The notes under the pieces: model-generated | The model's input: only the letters and a program-made list of their open reading frames with translations | Database searches by the model: none | Told to the model about the DNA's origin: nothing | Shown: positions 1-12,988 of the stretch, piece by piece | Layout: every line of letters starts with the position of its first letter | Position numbering within the stretch: position 1 is the stretch's first letter | DNA from: Phoronis australis | Taxonomy: Eukaryota > Animalia > Phoronida | NCBI GenBank assembly: GCA_002633005.1 | Contig: NMRA01000797.1 | Location: forward strand, 33,255 to 97,254 | Direction: 5' to 3' | DNA: 64,000 nt | Program-made: the position numbers and the translations under genes

Positions 1-346
1 TTCTTGGTGAAGCCTAGCACAAAGAGCGGAACTATTTTAAATGCAAGACTTACATACGGTAGACAGAAAAAGAGCCAAAGGCAGGAAAACAAGTGGATTT
101 AAATTTTTTCTGCACATGGTGGAGCAAATTATCATGCACAGAACTTCGGGGTGACACTTGCTTTAACCATATTACCAACAGCTGATTTATGATCAAATGT
201 AATTGTCTATTGTCTGGTGTCCTGGACAGAAAGAATGAAATGGGTACTGGTCGTGGGTAACTCTAACACAAAATGCGAAGAGTTGTTTACAACCTGTCTG
301 TGGCAGGTGGAGTAGGATTCCTTCTTTGCATGTACTGGTAGTTTTG

Positions 347-420
347 AAGGTAAGAACTCATCAACTAGCGGTAAAACCGACCACTTGGGGTGCCATCCAC
401 ATTCATGGAGTTCTTTCCTT
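347..420 (-). promoter_or_regulatory. Candidate (atypical) SECIS element
   Basis: Outer helix AAGG..AAGAACUC/GAGUUCUU..CCUU encloses AUGAA...UGAU core; helix II irregular and apical AA not clean; the true SECIS may lie beyond the window start. Confidence 0.35.
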
Positions 421-630
421 AAATACTACTCTGAATGCTAAATTAAAGAAATTGATTCTAGGTAAAAGGGCGGAATTCTAACTCAATGGTGAATTTGTCT
501 GCCGTGAAAAAATTATATTAAAGATTCCATTGCCATGTGATTCACCAGACTGGTTAGCTGACGAATTGACCAACTTGTGTGTATAGCATCCACAATCAGA
601 CATTGCTTAACAAATGCTGTGATCCTGTGA

Positions 631-743
631 GTGCGCATCTGCCCCAGTGCACTGACTGACTCGAGTCCACAGTGGTACCAGTTAATCACTTAACCAGTGA
701 GCCACCTGAACGAGTCATCAAGTAACACACTTAGCATGCGCAC
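631..743 (-). promoter_or_regulatory. Long stem-loop at the start of the SELENOS 3'UTR
   Basis: Nested helices GTGCGCAT/ATGCGCAC, AGTGT/GCACT, TGACTCG/CGAGTCA, TTCAGGTGG/CCACTGTGGA, ACTGGTTAA/TTAACTGGT closing a GUGA tetraloop; starts 5 nt after TAA. Confidence 0.7.
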
Positions 744-748
744 GAGCA

Positions 749-837
749 TTAACCTCATCCACCTCCAGCGCCCCCTCGTGGTCGACTGGGCCGCCAACTA
801 CAACTTCCTCCGTTGTCGCCCATCAATGGATTATAGT
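749..837 (-). CDS. SELENOS: Selenoprotein S last exon with selenocysteine (DYNPLMGDNGGSCSWRPSRPRGGAGGG-U-G*)
   Basis: ctttctctttcAG acceptor; YNPL.G....C.WRP...GG signature; GGA-TGA(757-755)-GGT-TAA gives the penultimate Sec typical of SelS. Confidence 0.96.
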
Positions 838-2909
838 CTGAAAGAGAAAGGAATTAGCACAAAGTTAATAACTAGTAGGTTAACACATGTTGACATCTCC
901 CATTCCACAAATCGTCGACTTGAGAATACATTTTATTAATCAATTGATACAATCTGTTCTACTCTGCCCATAGGGAGACCCTGTCGTGCTGCAGTATTAT
1001 CCATCAACTCTGCTAGAACAAGACACGGATGAACATCATATGTACAAATAATTGATTTAATGAGTCTGGTTATTATCGTCAACAACAACGACAACTGGAA
1101 TTTCTTAAAGTAACTTCTTGGGCCTACATCTATGTGTATATTAGGTGCGTTTTCAAAAGAATGGTGACGAATGAATGGAAATTATCTCAGGAAGAATAGC
1201 ATTTCGCATTTAAATAAGTCAGACATACATGCTCAAATGTCTGCTTCCAGGCTCAAATCCAAGAAAATGACGAAGAGTCCGGAATTAATGGACTAACATT
1301 GGAAGTGCTTCAGACTATGGTGAACAGTCTTCAACTCAGGACAATGAAATGCTAAAACCAACAACTTTAACTTTTCAAAAGTTCATTTGGGGCTTGGAGG
1401 GGTATCTAGTCGCCACAGTGGCTTAAAGTTTCGTATATCATGGGTGTCATTCGCACACAATGGGTCTTTTGAAACTGACATGCAAGGTCAGTGAAAGCAG
1501 TTCTCAGTGAACCCAGTGTTCTTAGCCATTCAGCTGTCCCAGGTGGATTGTGTAACTAAACACAGCTTAGAGAATGCCACCAAAACATTACTATTTTGAA
1601 TCAATTTAGATCGAGTAGTTCCACTCGACACCAGACAGCAGACGGAGGGGTTGAAATTAAACAATGACGTCACAGGTTCTAAAACACTCTGCTCAGCAGT
1701 TCGAAAAACACTTACTGGTGCCAGCTTATCGCTTCAATTTATCGTTTTACACTATTAAATCATCAAAATTCAATGTAAAAACCTTACAAATAGATTGAAT
1801 TTTTAAACACAAGTCGTTTTATTTCGCTGTAACAGATTTATAGAAATTTTAGAATGTGCCGTAAGCTAACTTACTGAGGTGGGTCACGGGAAGTTTGGAA
1901 TCCTGTTAATTGATAAAACAGAATGATTCTTTCAAGAAATATAGACAGGAGAGCAGGGCCGTGTGTCGCAATTTTAAACTCGCTCATTAGCAGTGGCTTA
2001 AACTCGATCAGGCCCACGGCAGCCAGACTGGAAACAATTTATGAACATAAACCAGCCGGGTTAGTTGAAAACTAAACTTCCTGTAATGAAAAGACTGGAC
2101 TTTGAGTGAACCAAACAAACAATGTGAACGTAAAAATTTTGGTGAACTGGCCATAAAATTGCAAATCGACTTACTCGTCGGGGCTGCAAAGTCAAGTTCA
2201 CTCCACAGAACCATACAGGGAAAGGTGTACAATAACAATGATTTGAATAATGTATATATGAATAAAGATTCCTCTACCATCTGACCATAGCATATAAAAT
2301 CAAGTTTATTAGTTTCGCAACAGCTTTCTGTCAGCAAACATTGATACAGAATTAGCATGCGCTCATACCGCATTCAACTATAGTTTTATTGCATCTGAAG
2401 CTGGTAACGCACTATGATTTATTGGTTGTAGATTTTCTCAAAACACTTGCACTCAGGAACACTCCTAAGGCATTACAAATTGTATCTACTGACAGAGACA
2501 GACTTTGACACTTTGTTTCTGCTTTATAAAAACACTGGTAAGGGTAAAAAATAATTCATTTTGAAACCGAACAATGCCCGTCACAGACACAGAAAGATTT
2601 CAGGGCCTCACACTTAGTATTACTGGCGAACTTTTTGTTACTGCTGGGAACAACTTCCACAGGATTTTGGATTCTCGAGGAAATCGAAAAAACCATATAC
2701 CCAATTTCCTTGCAGCTTCATCAGGTTCGCACAAGTGGGAACGATATGCCACACAATAGCAGCACACACTCAGCTGAAGAACTACTGAGGTCACTGCATC
2801 GTGTACTCATCTTCATCACAGGTTAACGCGACATCTTTCTGCATGGTGAGATCGACTGAATATGAAGTGATGTGGATGTAGACTGATTAAGACGGTAAAA
2901 AAGTAGTTA

Positions 2910-4348
2910 CCGTATTCACCCTAATAAGCACCCTGGGCGCTTAAAAAAATTCACTTCAGGAGGGCCTATTATAGCCTAAGGTGGTTGAAACCTGGTTTCC
3001 GAAACGGTGAAATCGTAAGCTAGGATTCATCAAATTTACACTCTGTGATGTATCTGTAACCCATGACAGACTTTCTACAAAACAGTAGTGCACTGCTATC
3101 AAATTTCGTTGTTAAATTACGATCATTTTTTAAAAAATTGTGCTGAAATCCCAGGGTGAAAACTTGCCAACTGATGCATCGCTGCCTCGCGATTGCCGAT
3201 AGGTCAACCTGAATTCCTGAATAAAAATAGTTTCGACTCAACAAAATACTTGAAGTCCTCCTTAAGTTTTCAAAATAGCGTCCCTAAGATTTATAAGTTC
3301 CTGTGGAGTCGGGATCAACTGCATAATAAGTCCAAATCTGCGCTAGATAGTACCCCACAACACGAGAAAAATCTCTGGACTAACACACGTTGTTGTCACA
3401 TGATGTTTGTTTTGAAGTTCGTGCCTGTATGTGAGTGAGCGAGCGCGTGCATGTCACCAGAGTTCATTTGCCAGAGTAAACACGATGTAATGATCTAGGT
3501 GTGCATACTTAGGCAGTAAAGCAGAACGTGTTTTACTTATCACTTGTTGATCTCATCTGCTAAACATGTTCGAGAATTGTCTCGGTAAGGCCGATATTAA
3601 ATGTCATTGAGTCGCTGGGTGACTGAATGCGTGACAGTCTAACAGTTACTTTCAGGGACATTCAGGGGGGGGTGTAAGGGTGCGGAAGTGTTTACTATCA
3701 GTGGGTAATTTTGACTATAAAAACATCGGTTACGATAAATTAAATAATTCCTCCAAAAAATGCAAATGTTTTTACGGTATTAGAAACTTTCGGAAAATAG
3801 TGCCAATATTTTTTCTTGCCGTTTCATGAATAGATAGTTCCCGAAGATTAATGTCTTCGATGACAGGCACATGTATATGGCGCAAGCTTCCGGGTCACGC
3901 TCTTTTAACATCGGTCAAGTTTTCATGCGTCTTTGATTCACAGTTTTCACGTGTACAAAGAAATTTGGATTACTGTTGAGGGAGATCTGTACGGGAAAGA
4001 TACAACACAATCCCTTTGATCAGTACTGAAAGGCCAGACCATAATGGGACACATTCCACGCAAGATTAGTAAAACTTTTGCAGTCTTTGTGAAGCACGGC
4101 AGAATAGTTTGAAGTGTATAGTCACGGCTAGCGGAGAGGCTCGTGGTCTACAAATTCCATGCACAATGATTTTTTTCAGGACTGTCGGATTTTACTGATA
4201 AATTGAAGATGCTACTGAAGAATTTTAGATATGTAGGTAAGGCATTTTTCGCATGTACATGTTTGTGGGATGGGCGCTTATTTTAGCAAAGTCTGAAAAT
4301 GCGTGGGGGCGCTTATAGGGGCATGGGCGGTTATTGCGGCAAATACAG
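2910..4348. mobile_element. Non-autonomous Tc1/mariner(pogo)-like DNA transposon carrying a HIRAN-like relic
   Basis: TA flanks; imperfect TIRs CCGTATTCACCCTAATAAGC / GTTATTGCGGCAAATACAG; subterminal GGGCGCTTA repeats. Confidence 0.6.
3877..4240 (+). pseudogene. Frameshifted HIRAN-like domain gene
   Basis: Spread over frames: SFHVYKEIW...NPFD...VLKGQTIMGHIPRKIS..F..F..HG...KCIVT...RGLQIPC..IFSG....DKLK, the pattern of invertebrate stand-alone HIRAN-like proteins. Confidence 0.65.
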
Positions 4349-5224
4349 TAAATCGGGTGGCATTCTCCTCCAACAAAATGTTCATGGTTCTGGCTCAGAA
4401 GATAAATGTTTTATCATACCACATGGATTCTTGAGTAGCTGAGCCTTAGGAAGGATATCCTTCAAATGCTCATAATTTCACCGAAACAATCATACAATGG
4501 GACAGATGTACACTACACGTTAAAAGTATTCAGACAAAATGACCTTGAATTCCATCATTACGACTTCGTGGAATTTGACTTCATTATCAGAGAAGTCTTC
4601 CCTCATGACCAAGAATAGTGGGGAATTAACAGTAAAATTATTAAAGCCACTATAAGCCATTCTGTAGCAAGAATTGTGACACCCCTATAATTATCACTGG
4701 TTATTGTTGCACTTATATAACACCAAGATAAGTAGTCATGATGGAAGAAAAGGTATTTTGTCTGATTACTGTTCTCTTGTACTGAACAATACAAACCATT
4801 CTGATAAATTGTTATTTTTGTCGGACATTAGAGCACAAAATTCTATATGTAATCCCTATATTGTGTCCCAAACACATTTTTTCCAAAGAAACTCGTTTAT
4901 GTGAATTCTTTACTATAAAATGAATGTATTAGCCCAAAGGAAGGACAGAAAACCGCCATTAGGTTTTTTAGAAGACTGATGAGCTTGCACTTGAAATGAC
5001 AATTAGGTTTGTCAGTTGATATCTCAACCCAAAATGAACAGCGCAAGGTTAAAATTTAAACTTTGAGATTGAAAGAATGTTTTTTGGTTCATTCTCTCGG
5101 TTCACTTCAATTTACGATAAACCAAATAGCTTTACAGCTTGCCTGTTATGGCTTTCAAGTGACATTTACACAATTTTTGCTTTCAAAAAAGGTTTACAAC
5201 CCACGTGGAAATAATAAAAAACGA

Positions 5225-5680
5225 AAGCACTTGGAGGAGCGACACTTGGAAAATTAACTGAAAAGACCTCAATGGAGATGATGATGATGATTTAAGTGGC
5301 GATATTGAATATTACAACAAATGTCAGTAATGAGTAAGTAAGCTGTACGGTAAATCAACAGAAGTGTAGCAAAATCAGTCAACAAAGGAACAGCGTTTTT
5401 CTGAAAATCTCAAATAATTCAATAAGTTGATCTCTTAGTGAAAAATGAAAACTATTCTCAGTGAAAGCTCATTAAAAACTCAGATAATTTTCACAAAATT
5501 CGGTTAAATTTTTGGAAATTTTCAAATTTTGCATCTTTTTGAAATTGAATGTCAAATAACTTGAAAACCGTTAAGTCTGAGAAAAAAAAATGTTACTAGT
5601 CATTCAAAAAAGGTATCCACAGAGAATCCACATGCAAAATTTCATTGAATCATTTCCTTTTCCCGTTCAAAAATAGCACC
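5225..5680 (+). repeat. Interspersed repeat, direct copy at ~7957-8375
   Basis: Shared blocks aaattaactgaaaagacctcaa, gaaaatctcaaataattc, cttttcccgttcaaaa in both places. Confidence 0.7.
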
Positions 5681-5710
5681 CCGGCACGATTGAAAATGGA
5701 TGAAAACGCT

Positions 5711-6100
5711 TCATATCCGCCATCTTGAAAGCAACTTATAGCTAAGCAAGATATTTCCCCCATCTTTGACCGGAAGTAAACAATTTTCGGCATATCTGTA
5801 GAACACATCTGGTACAATAATCGTGATGATATTCAGCCATGAAGGTAAAAAATAGCGGCCTCTGTGAGCATTTGAATCTGAATTTGAAAACAAAATGGTC
5901 ATCACATCCGCCATTTTGAATACGTGACGCAAAACAATAAGCCATCTTTAACCAGAAGTAATTGTTTTCCGGCATATCTGTAAAACATGTCTGATACAAA
6001 GATTTTCAGCCAGTTGTACGTCAAAAACTTACGACCTCTATGAGCATTTGAATCTGAAATTGAAAACAAAAGGGTCACCACGTCTGCCATCTTTGATCTG
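5711..6100. repeat. Tandem ~190-bp duplication rich in GCCATCTT (YY1-like) motifs
   Basis: tgagcatttgaatctgaa.ttgaaaacaaaa.ggtca occurs at ~5864 and ~6041. Confidence 0.65.
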
Positions 6101-6714
6101 ATCATGACCAAAAACAATGGACTTCCAGCAATTCTGGAACTACAGGTTGTGTGTAAATTTCTTGCGGATCGGATCAAAAGTGCGACCTGTATCGTGCGAA
6201 AAAACGCTGCCATTATTTTTAAAAAATATAGTGCACACTCATTTTCTGAAACCTAACACCTTGGATCAAATATTAGTGACACTGATAAGACCAAAGTAGA
6301 GCTAATTTCTGAATGAATGCCCTGAGGTGTCACAAACAGAAATTCCATGTGGCGTGTATCTCATTAGCTGCCCACTGGAGTGCACATGCCCTATAAGCTA
6401 CGTTGCGTAATCACGACCAGGTAATATCCACATTCTTTCAGGCCCAGCTTCTATTGTGAAGCAGAATACTAACACCATGCTAGGAACTCCTTTCCAATGA
6501 GTAGCTCAGGGTTTCAGGTTTTGTTGCTATTAGTTCACCACTTTCGGAAATTCAAAAACAAATTAATATACACATTAATTTGTGCTCCTCTATTCAGATT
6601 TTACGATTTCAACAAATTTTTGTCCCAAAAAGAAAATCGAAAATTACAGCCAGGACGCTCTTAAGCATTCTATCCACGGATTATCTGATAAGAAACAGTA
6701 ATTACCCTCACTAA

Positions 6715-7667
6715 AGGCCCCGATTCATACTAACATCGATGTGTCATGTTTTAGGGAGTTGCGGTTAACTTCAAATTTAGCAGTGCCAGTTAACTTTGCA
6801 GTGTCAGGTGGACTTAACAGCGGAGCGTTGACGCCACTGGTGCAGTATGAATAGTTAACTTCTGTCCCATCGAAGTTATCACCAAACAGGGCCACTGTTG
6901 TCGTCAACTATTAAACAGCACTGTCGTCGCTAATAGATGCTTATATCTTGCTCAAATAGATAAAGGTTGAGTCTTAAATACCAGGAATAAAAACTTACAA
7001 AAAGTTAGCAATGTTGCGTCCGCATCTCACGGACTTCAGCTTGGCTTGTGACGTTATCGTTATTCTGGCCAATTGGTGGCGTTTTGACCAGACGGTGCAC
7101 ATTGACGTCAGAACACCATTGTGAGACAAATTGAATCTTAAACCCCCTCAGTCTTTTATTTAAAGAGGGACTCTCAATGCACTCATGATTTGATTTGTCA
7201 CACGTATGGGATGGTGGTCTGACGTCAATGCCGCGCCATCTCGTCAAAACGCCACCAATCGGCCAGAGTAACGATAACATCACAAGCCAAGATGATGTCC
7301 GTGATATGCGGACGTAACGTCACTAATTTTTGTAAGTTTTTATTCCAGTATTAGACTCAAACTTTATCTGTTTTCTCAACTGGATGTCTCAAAAATTTTC
7401 ATGCTTTTGCTTGAATAATCACCAATCGAAACACAAAAAAGTTCTATGGCAACTGGCACATGTAAATGCATGTTCCTAAATTGTCATACAGTAAAAAATC
7501 TCATCATGCATTAGTGATATTTTGCGATTACTTGACGATGACAGCATCACCTACTGTTTACTTTGATGTCCGTTAACTACCGAAGTCGGTACAAACGGTT
7601 CAGGTAAATTCCCAGTTTACATTCAACACTCTACTCAGACTGGAATTAAGTCAGTGTGAAAGGGTCT
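6715..7667. mobile_element. PIF/Harbinger-like MITE interrupted by a Penelope insertion; relatives at 31768-31897, ~32690-33145, ~35215-35550
   Basis: TIRs AGGCCC..TTCATACT / AGTGTGAAAGGGTCT with TWA-like flanks; internal blocks (caggtggatttaac, aatcaccaatcgaa, tcacctactgtttac) shared with the other copies. Confidence 0.65.
6957..7408. mobile_element. Fold-back Penelope-like element (inverted pseudo-LTRs)
   Basis: ~180-bp inverted arms; ESPSLNK relic of GIY-YIG C-terminus; target duplication ttgctcaaata/ttgcttgaata. Confidence 0.75.
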
Positions 7668-8388
7668 TAGTGAATAGAGTCACTCTATTGAGGACTAGCC
7701 CACTAGCGAAATTGGAATGTGGATAAACTGTTCCTGCTGAACACAGGCATTGGAAAAATTCAAAACTTTTCTCCAAATCGATCCTTATCTTGATCCTTAC
7801 CTATTTCAGGGGGAAACCATGTTCACAGCATGCAGACAAACTCCTTGGAACAACACTGATATTAAGAAGTAGAACTTCATTACCAAGGGTAACACAACCT
7901 TTAATTGTTGTTTCAACTCATTCACTCGGGAAAGTGTGACTATGAAAAGGGAATTAAGCACTCGAAGGAACGACACTAGGCGAAATTAACTGAAAAGACC
8001 TCAAAGAAGATGATGATGGTGATGATGATAATGGTGGTGATGAACAGCATGATGAACAAAGACATTAGAAATCAGTAGGAGTCAACAAGAGAATAGCGTT
8101 ATCAGAAAATCTCAAATAATTCGAAAAGTAGGCTTCCCAGCGAAAAATGAAAAACACCCTTTGAAAGTCCACTCAAAACTCTATGTAACGCAGTAGTTTC
8201 ACAAAATTTCGTAAAATTTTTGAAAATTTTGCATTTTTTGAAATTTGAAGTGTCATAGAACTGAAAAGCGGTAAGTTTGAGAAAAATTATCACAGTTCAT
8301 TTGAAATAGTATACCTTAAAGAAATGTACATGCAAAAAATTCACATCATTAGCTTTTCCCGTTCAAAATTAGCATCACAAAGCGAGTG

Positions 8389-9405
8389 ACAAGAGCAACG
8401 CAGAGCATTGAAATGCGCCCACAAATGCACTGCAAATGGCGTGCTTCTAGGGTTGTTTATTTGTTTCATAAAAATAGCCACTAGATGGCGCAAAAAATCC
8501 ACTCCACCTGAAAACGGGAAAAATCCAGCTTCTTTAATAGAAAGCTATTTACCAAATTTCATAAAAGTCAGTCAAGGAACTTCAGAGAAACAAAGGAAAA
8601 CAGAAAAAAATGAAATTGTCACTATGAGGCACAGCATTCATTGGATCGGCCTGAAAGACGTCGTCTGTTGTTAGCTTCATATAAATATATTACTAAATTT
8701 AATGAAGATCATGTAGTGTGTTAAGGAGATGCAGCTATGGGCGCAAAACAAAACTATCACTAGGAGGCACCACAGTAGTCGAATTCGTTATAGTCAACTG
8801 CCCTCTTCACACTTGAGAACATACACGCCAATTTTCAAAATCATCCTTAGAATGGTTTGGATGATCGAGGGGTGGATGCCAAAAAACACACTCGAAAACA
8901 GGAAAAGTGGCAACTAGGTGGTGCAAAGTACCTAAATTCCACCCGAAAACGGGAGGATAGCATCATCTTACCAATAGAAGGCCATCTTCCAAATTTCCTC
9001 AAAATCTGTTGAGGACCTTTGAAGATACAGAGCTAAACCTAAAAAACAGAAATTGCCTCTAGGGCCAGCACACTAGTAGTCAGATCTGTCCGAAAATTGT
9101 TGTAATCTGTTATGAACATAATACACTTGCTCTATTTAGCAAAGATCCTGCAAACGGTTTAGGAGATACAGTCATGGGCTCAAAAAAAACAAAACTGCCA
9201 CTAGGAGGCGCCACAGCAGTCAAAGTTGTCGAAAAATCATCGTCACCTTTGTAGTAAGAACCCTTAGAGCCGTTTGGTTGATAGAGGGGTGGACCCACAA
9301 AAACAGACTAAAAACTGTAAAAAAAAGGCCACCAGGTGGCACAAACTACGTCAAATCCATCCGAAAATGGAATAATAGCGTCATCTCGCTAATACAGCAC
9401 ACATC
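8389..9405 (+). mobile_element. Helentron/DINE-like non-autonomous element, truncated copy with CTCF-like motif array
   Basis: Starts ACAAGAGCAACGCAGAGC.TTGAAATGCGCC as copies at 22702 and 56416; internal ~430-bp repeats. Confidence 0.65.
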
Positions 9406-11345
9406 ATGAATTTTTTTCCCACCGGTCGGAAATTGGTCGACGACAGGCCGTCGACCGGTCAACAAATTAGCCGACCGGAAGCCAGCCGCAGTGCCGACTC
9501 ATGAGGCGACTCCCCAACCGACCCTTTAGCCGACAGGCCATCAGCTGACCAGCTATAATTTTTAGGCTAGAGTAGCAGTTGCGAAAGTTTGTCAGGCTGA
9601 TACCACTTTGCATGTCGATGCACACTCGTCTTAGCACAGGGTCAAATAAATTAACCTAGTTTTACTGTCTTTGTTACATGAGTTCACTTCGGTTGTGTAT
9701 CACCACTAATTCGAAGGTTGAAGGCAAGCGGTAATAGTAAATATTGGATTATGAACAATGCAAGTTTTGGATAAAAAACATGAGTTTTCTTTACATTTGA
9801 TCTATAATTTGACTCTACATCGTCTGCTTCCTGGTCAATGCAACGCCGTAGTCATTTTGTAAACACAGCTATTTTTGACAGTCTTCGCCCACAATTGATT
9901 TTTGTTTGTGTAACGCCAAACTGCATTTTTTGCATTTTTTAAGTTATTCATGGGTCTCCTATCACGCGCCCATGATGATGAGATAGTGAGTGAGTTGTTA
10001 CACCGCGAAGAGCTCTCACTCCGGGGAATTTATTTTCATAGTATTAACCCTTGCAGTACAGACGCGAAATTCACGGCCCAGTATATAGTTACGATTTCCA
10101 CAAACTTAGACGGTGACATCAAACATGGAATGACCACTGTTGAGGCTACAGCCAATTCTAGGTTTGCGCATTCCGTTTTCATGTATCGGTGACGTTAAAA
10201 CCTGGGCTAGTTACATATACACGTAGGCCCCTATCAGTTGGTCGTTCACGGTGTTCCAAAAATAAATATTTTTGACAATCGTGTAAAATAAAACAATTGG
10301 GAATGGGAAGATGTGAATATGTGGTGAACAGGTTTTGTCTCTTAACGTGGCATATGTGCGTGAATCTCTGGTAAAGCGATTGCGATGTCGAACACAAAAT
10401 GATAGAAAATACATCAAGGTCGGCAATTACCATTTTATGACTTAGCGGGTGAACTTTGGCCAAACAAACATTTAACTGTTCGCTGTTCGTTCACCAGTGG
10501 CAACACCGGTCTTGACTTCCGTTTATCAACTTTTGTTCAACTCTTGAAAGGAGGTAAAATAGAATCAACCTACAAATACGAAGTGCGTGACATTACACCA
10601 ACGTAAACTTTATGTTGAATTACTAACGGCATGGTAAAATCAAACGTTAAGTGATATCGCGGAAGCATAATTTCTGTCTCTTAGTATGAGACTTTTATAA
10701 AGTACATTATGCATAAAAACAAGCGAGAAATTTTGAAATTTCACAGTAAAATTGCACAAAAATCAGAACACATTGCTCACACAGAAGACCAAAAAACAAA
10801 TCAAGACCAAAATTCACCACGTCAAGACTGAAATTTATCACATTAGCACCTATAATTTATCACGTGAGGACCAAAAATTCTTCACTTCAGGATCAAAATT
10901 AAACACGACTGAACTGAAAAATTCAATAAGTCAGGTCCAAAAACTTGCCATATCAGTAACTTTTCACGCCAGGACACCAAGTCACCATCCCCATGCATTG
11001 ATCCTTCAAAGTGATAATGTCCGTACCACACGTATAAAGAAAGGCTAAGTGTTCAACCTCATAATATCTTGGAAATGCGGTTGAATTTCTTTCATCTAAT
11101 CCACGTTTTACAACAGATGCCAATGTATAGGTACACACTGGATAGTCATTCTTGCATAATGGGTGATCAAGTAGTCCCGGCATGAAAACAATTCTCTCCT
11201 GGTGTGATAAGTTTTCTGATGCAAAAAATCCTGGCTGCCAATTGTTTTTGACTGTACAGAGATTTCAATTCCTGAATAGAAAATGTGTGTTCTGGATTTT
11301 TCCGCTTCAGCTTTCCATTCAGCTAACTAGTGTACAACAGTGGTT

Positions 11346-11526
11346 TTAATATCCTGTGGCAGCTCCACTGCAACGAATCACTTCTGGTACAACCTTCCGT
11401 AAATGCTGTACGTATTTTGCACATTTCTTCGGAGTAACAGTTTTCCAAGAGCTACATATTCATTGCACAAGTTTCTGTTTGGTATTCGACTTTATTTCCT
11501 TTCTCAGGTAGTCCTTGAGCTCATGC
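11346..11526 (-). pseudogene. Tc1/IS630-family transposase C-terminal relic
   Basis: HELKDYLRKEIK..TKQKLV.*I...WKTVT..KC.KYV.HLRKVVPEVI.C.GAATGY*. Confidence 0.75.
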
Positions 11527-12988
11527 TCCGAAAGTTTTGAAAACGCAGCTCTTTCTTTACGCAGATACGTTTTCTGCCCACGCGTACATGTATGACGTAC
11601 GCCCGTGGGCATCGACTCGCTGAAAATGCCCTCAAAAGTGGACTTTTTTAAAAGACCGTGTTGACCGTATTCGTCAGTGTAGAAAAGCGAAATGAACAAA
11701 TTTGTACACATTGCTCAAAAAACTTTGTGGACATACGGAAACGCCAACGTCTCTGTCTTACAACGCTGCGTGTGCTTGGCATTTCAGACAAAGCGCTCAT
11801 ACGTCTGAAATTTTTTTAAGATTGAACACCGAGACACATATTGAAACCGTAATTGCCGCCATTTCCAAGTCGCGATCGTTTGCGGGGACATTGCGCGCAA
11901 ACAGCGGGACCAAACAGTGTCGCAGTACGATATTGTAGGTGATATTGTAATAGGATTGATATCATAATCTGGAAATCTTGCATGTAAAATAAAAATGTTT
12001 TCCACCACAAAATTTGGTAAGTTGGTCGTTTACCAAATGAATAGAAACATTGCTGTTTTCTGACGTTTTATTACATATGTATGCCATGGATCAGATCGCA
12101 TGTTACGACTATGTACAAGATGACCAAAATCTTGGCTCGCATTTTCAAAATTTAGGTCGCCAATGCGACCTGCAGCTCATTATGTCTAGCGCCGAGTCCC
12201 GTTTGCAACAACACCGACTCAGTAAGGACGCTTTGCTCGTTACAACTCGCCACTAATTTCATCGCATAACATTTTTTAACCATTGGTGCCGTTTACCCGA
12301 ATAATGTGGACTTCGTCTTCGAATTAATTTTACAGACACAGGTAGGCTAGGTGTATGAACTACGTCTTTCCCAGACTCTACTGTACGGGTTCATTAGACT
12401 CATCCCATTCACAGTGTTAGTATTTTTTAAAATTAAAATCTTAAGTACTTATTTTTGAGTAATGCCTTTGTGGTAACTTTTGATTGACAACTGGCTTATG
12501 TCTGCGTACCTGTGCCGGGTGGTCAAAATAAAACAGCCGCAGAACCTCATTACGTTGAAAATGTCATTGAATCAGGGAGTCTTGAACATAAACATCCCAA
12601 ACACAAAAACACCTGAATTAGTTTTCCAAACCTTAATTACAAACAATTTAAAACTGCTCTCTAACACGTGATTCTGCTGTGACCTATGCAGCACGTGAAG
12701 GTTGCACGCGCGCACTTTGCACTGTCAAGTCAGTGAGGATAGTTGCAATCCAAGGGGAACGCTGCTTAGTCACTGGTCGTCTGCGCTCTACAGGTACAGC
12801 TCTAAGAAGACCGCAGGACAGCACAGGCTATTAGTCAGCAATTTTGTAAATTTAACTGAAATGATTAATCTGAGGGCAACAGAACTTTTTCTGGGATCAT
12901 CCGCTATTATAACATTTTTACCGTCATTTGGCGATGTGGCAATAAAGCTCGGAAAAGTGCTGCTAAATTTCGGAACAGTTCTTCTAGC

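Noticed and set aside
111-142. Hairpin containing AUGA in the distal 3'UTR as SECIS
   Set aside because: AUG is inside an ordinary stem, with no opposing GA quartet or suitable helix II
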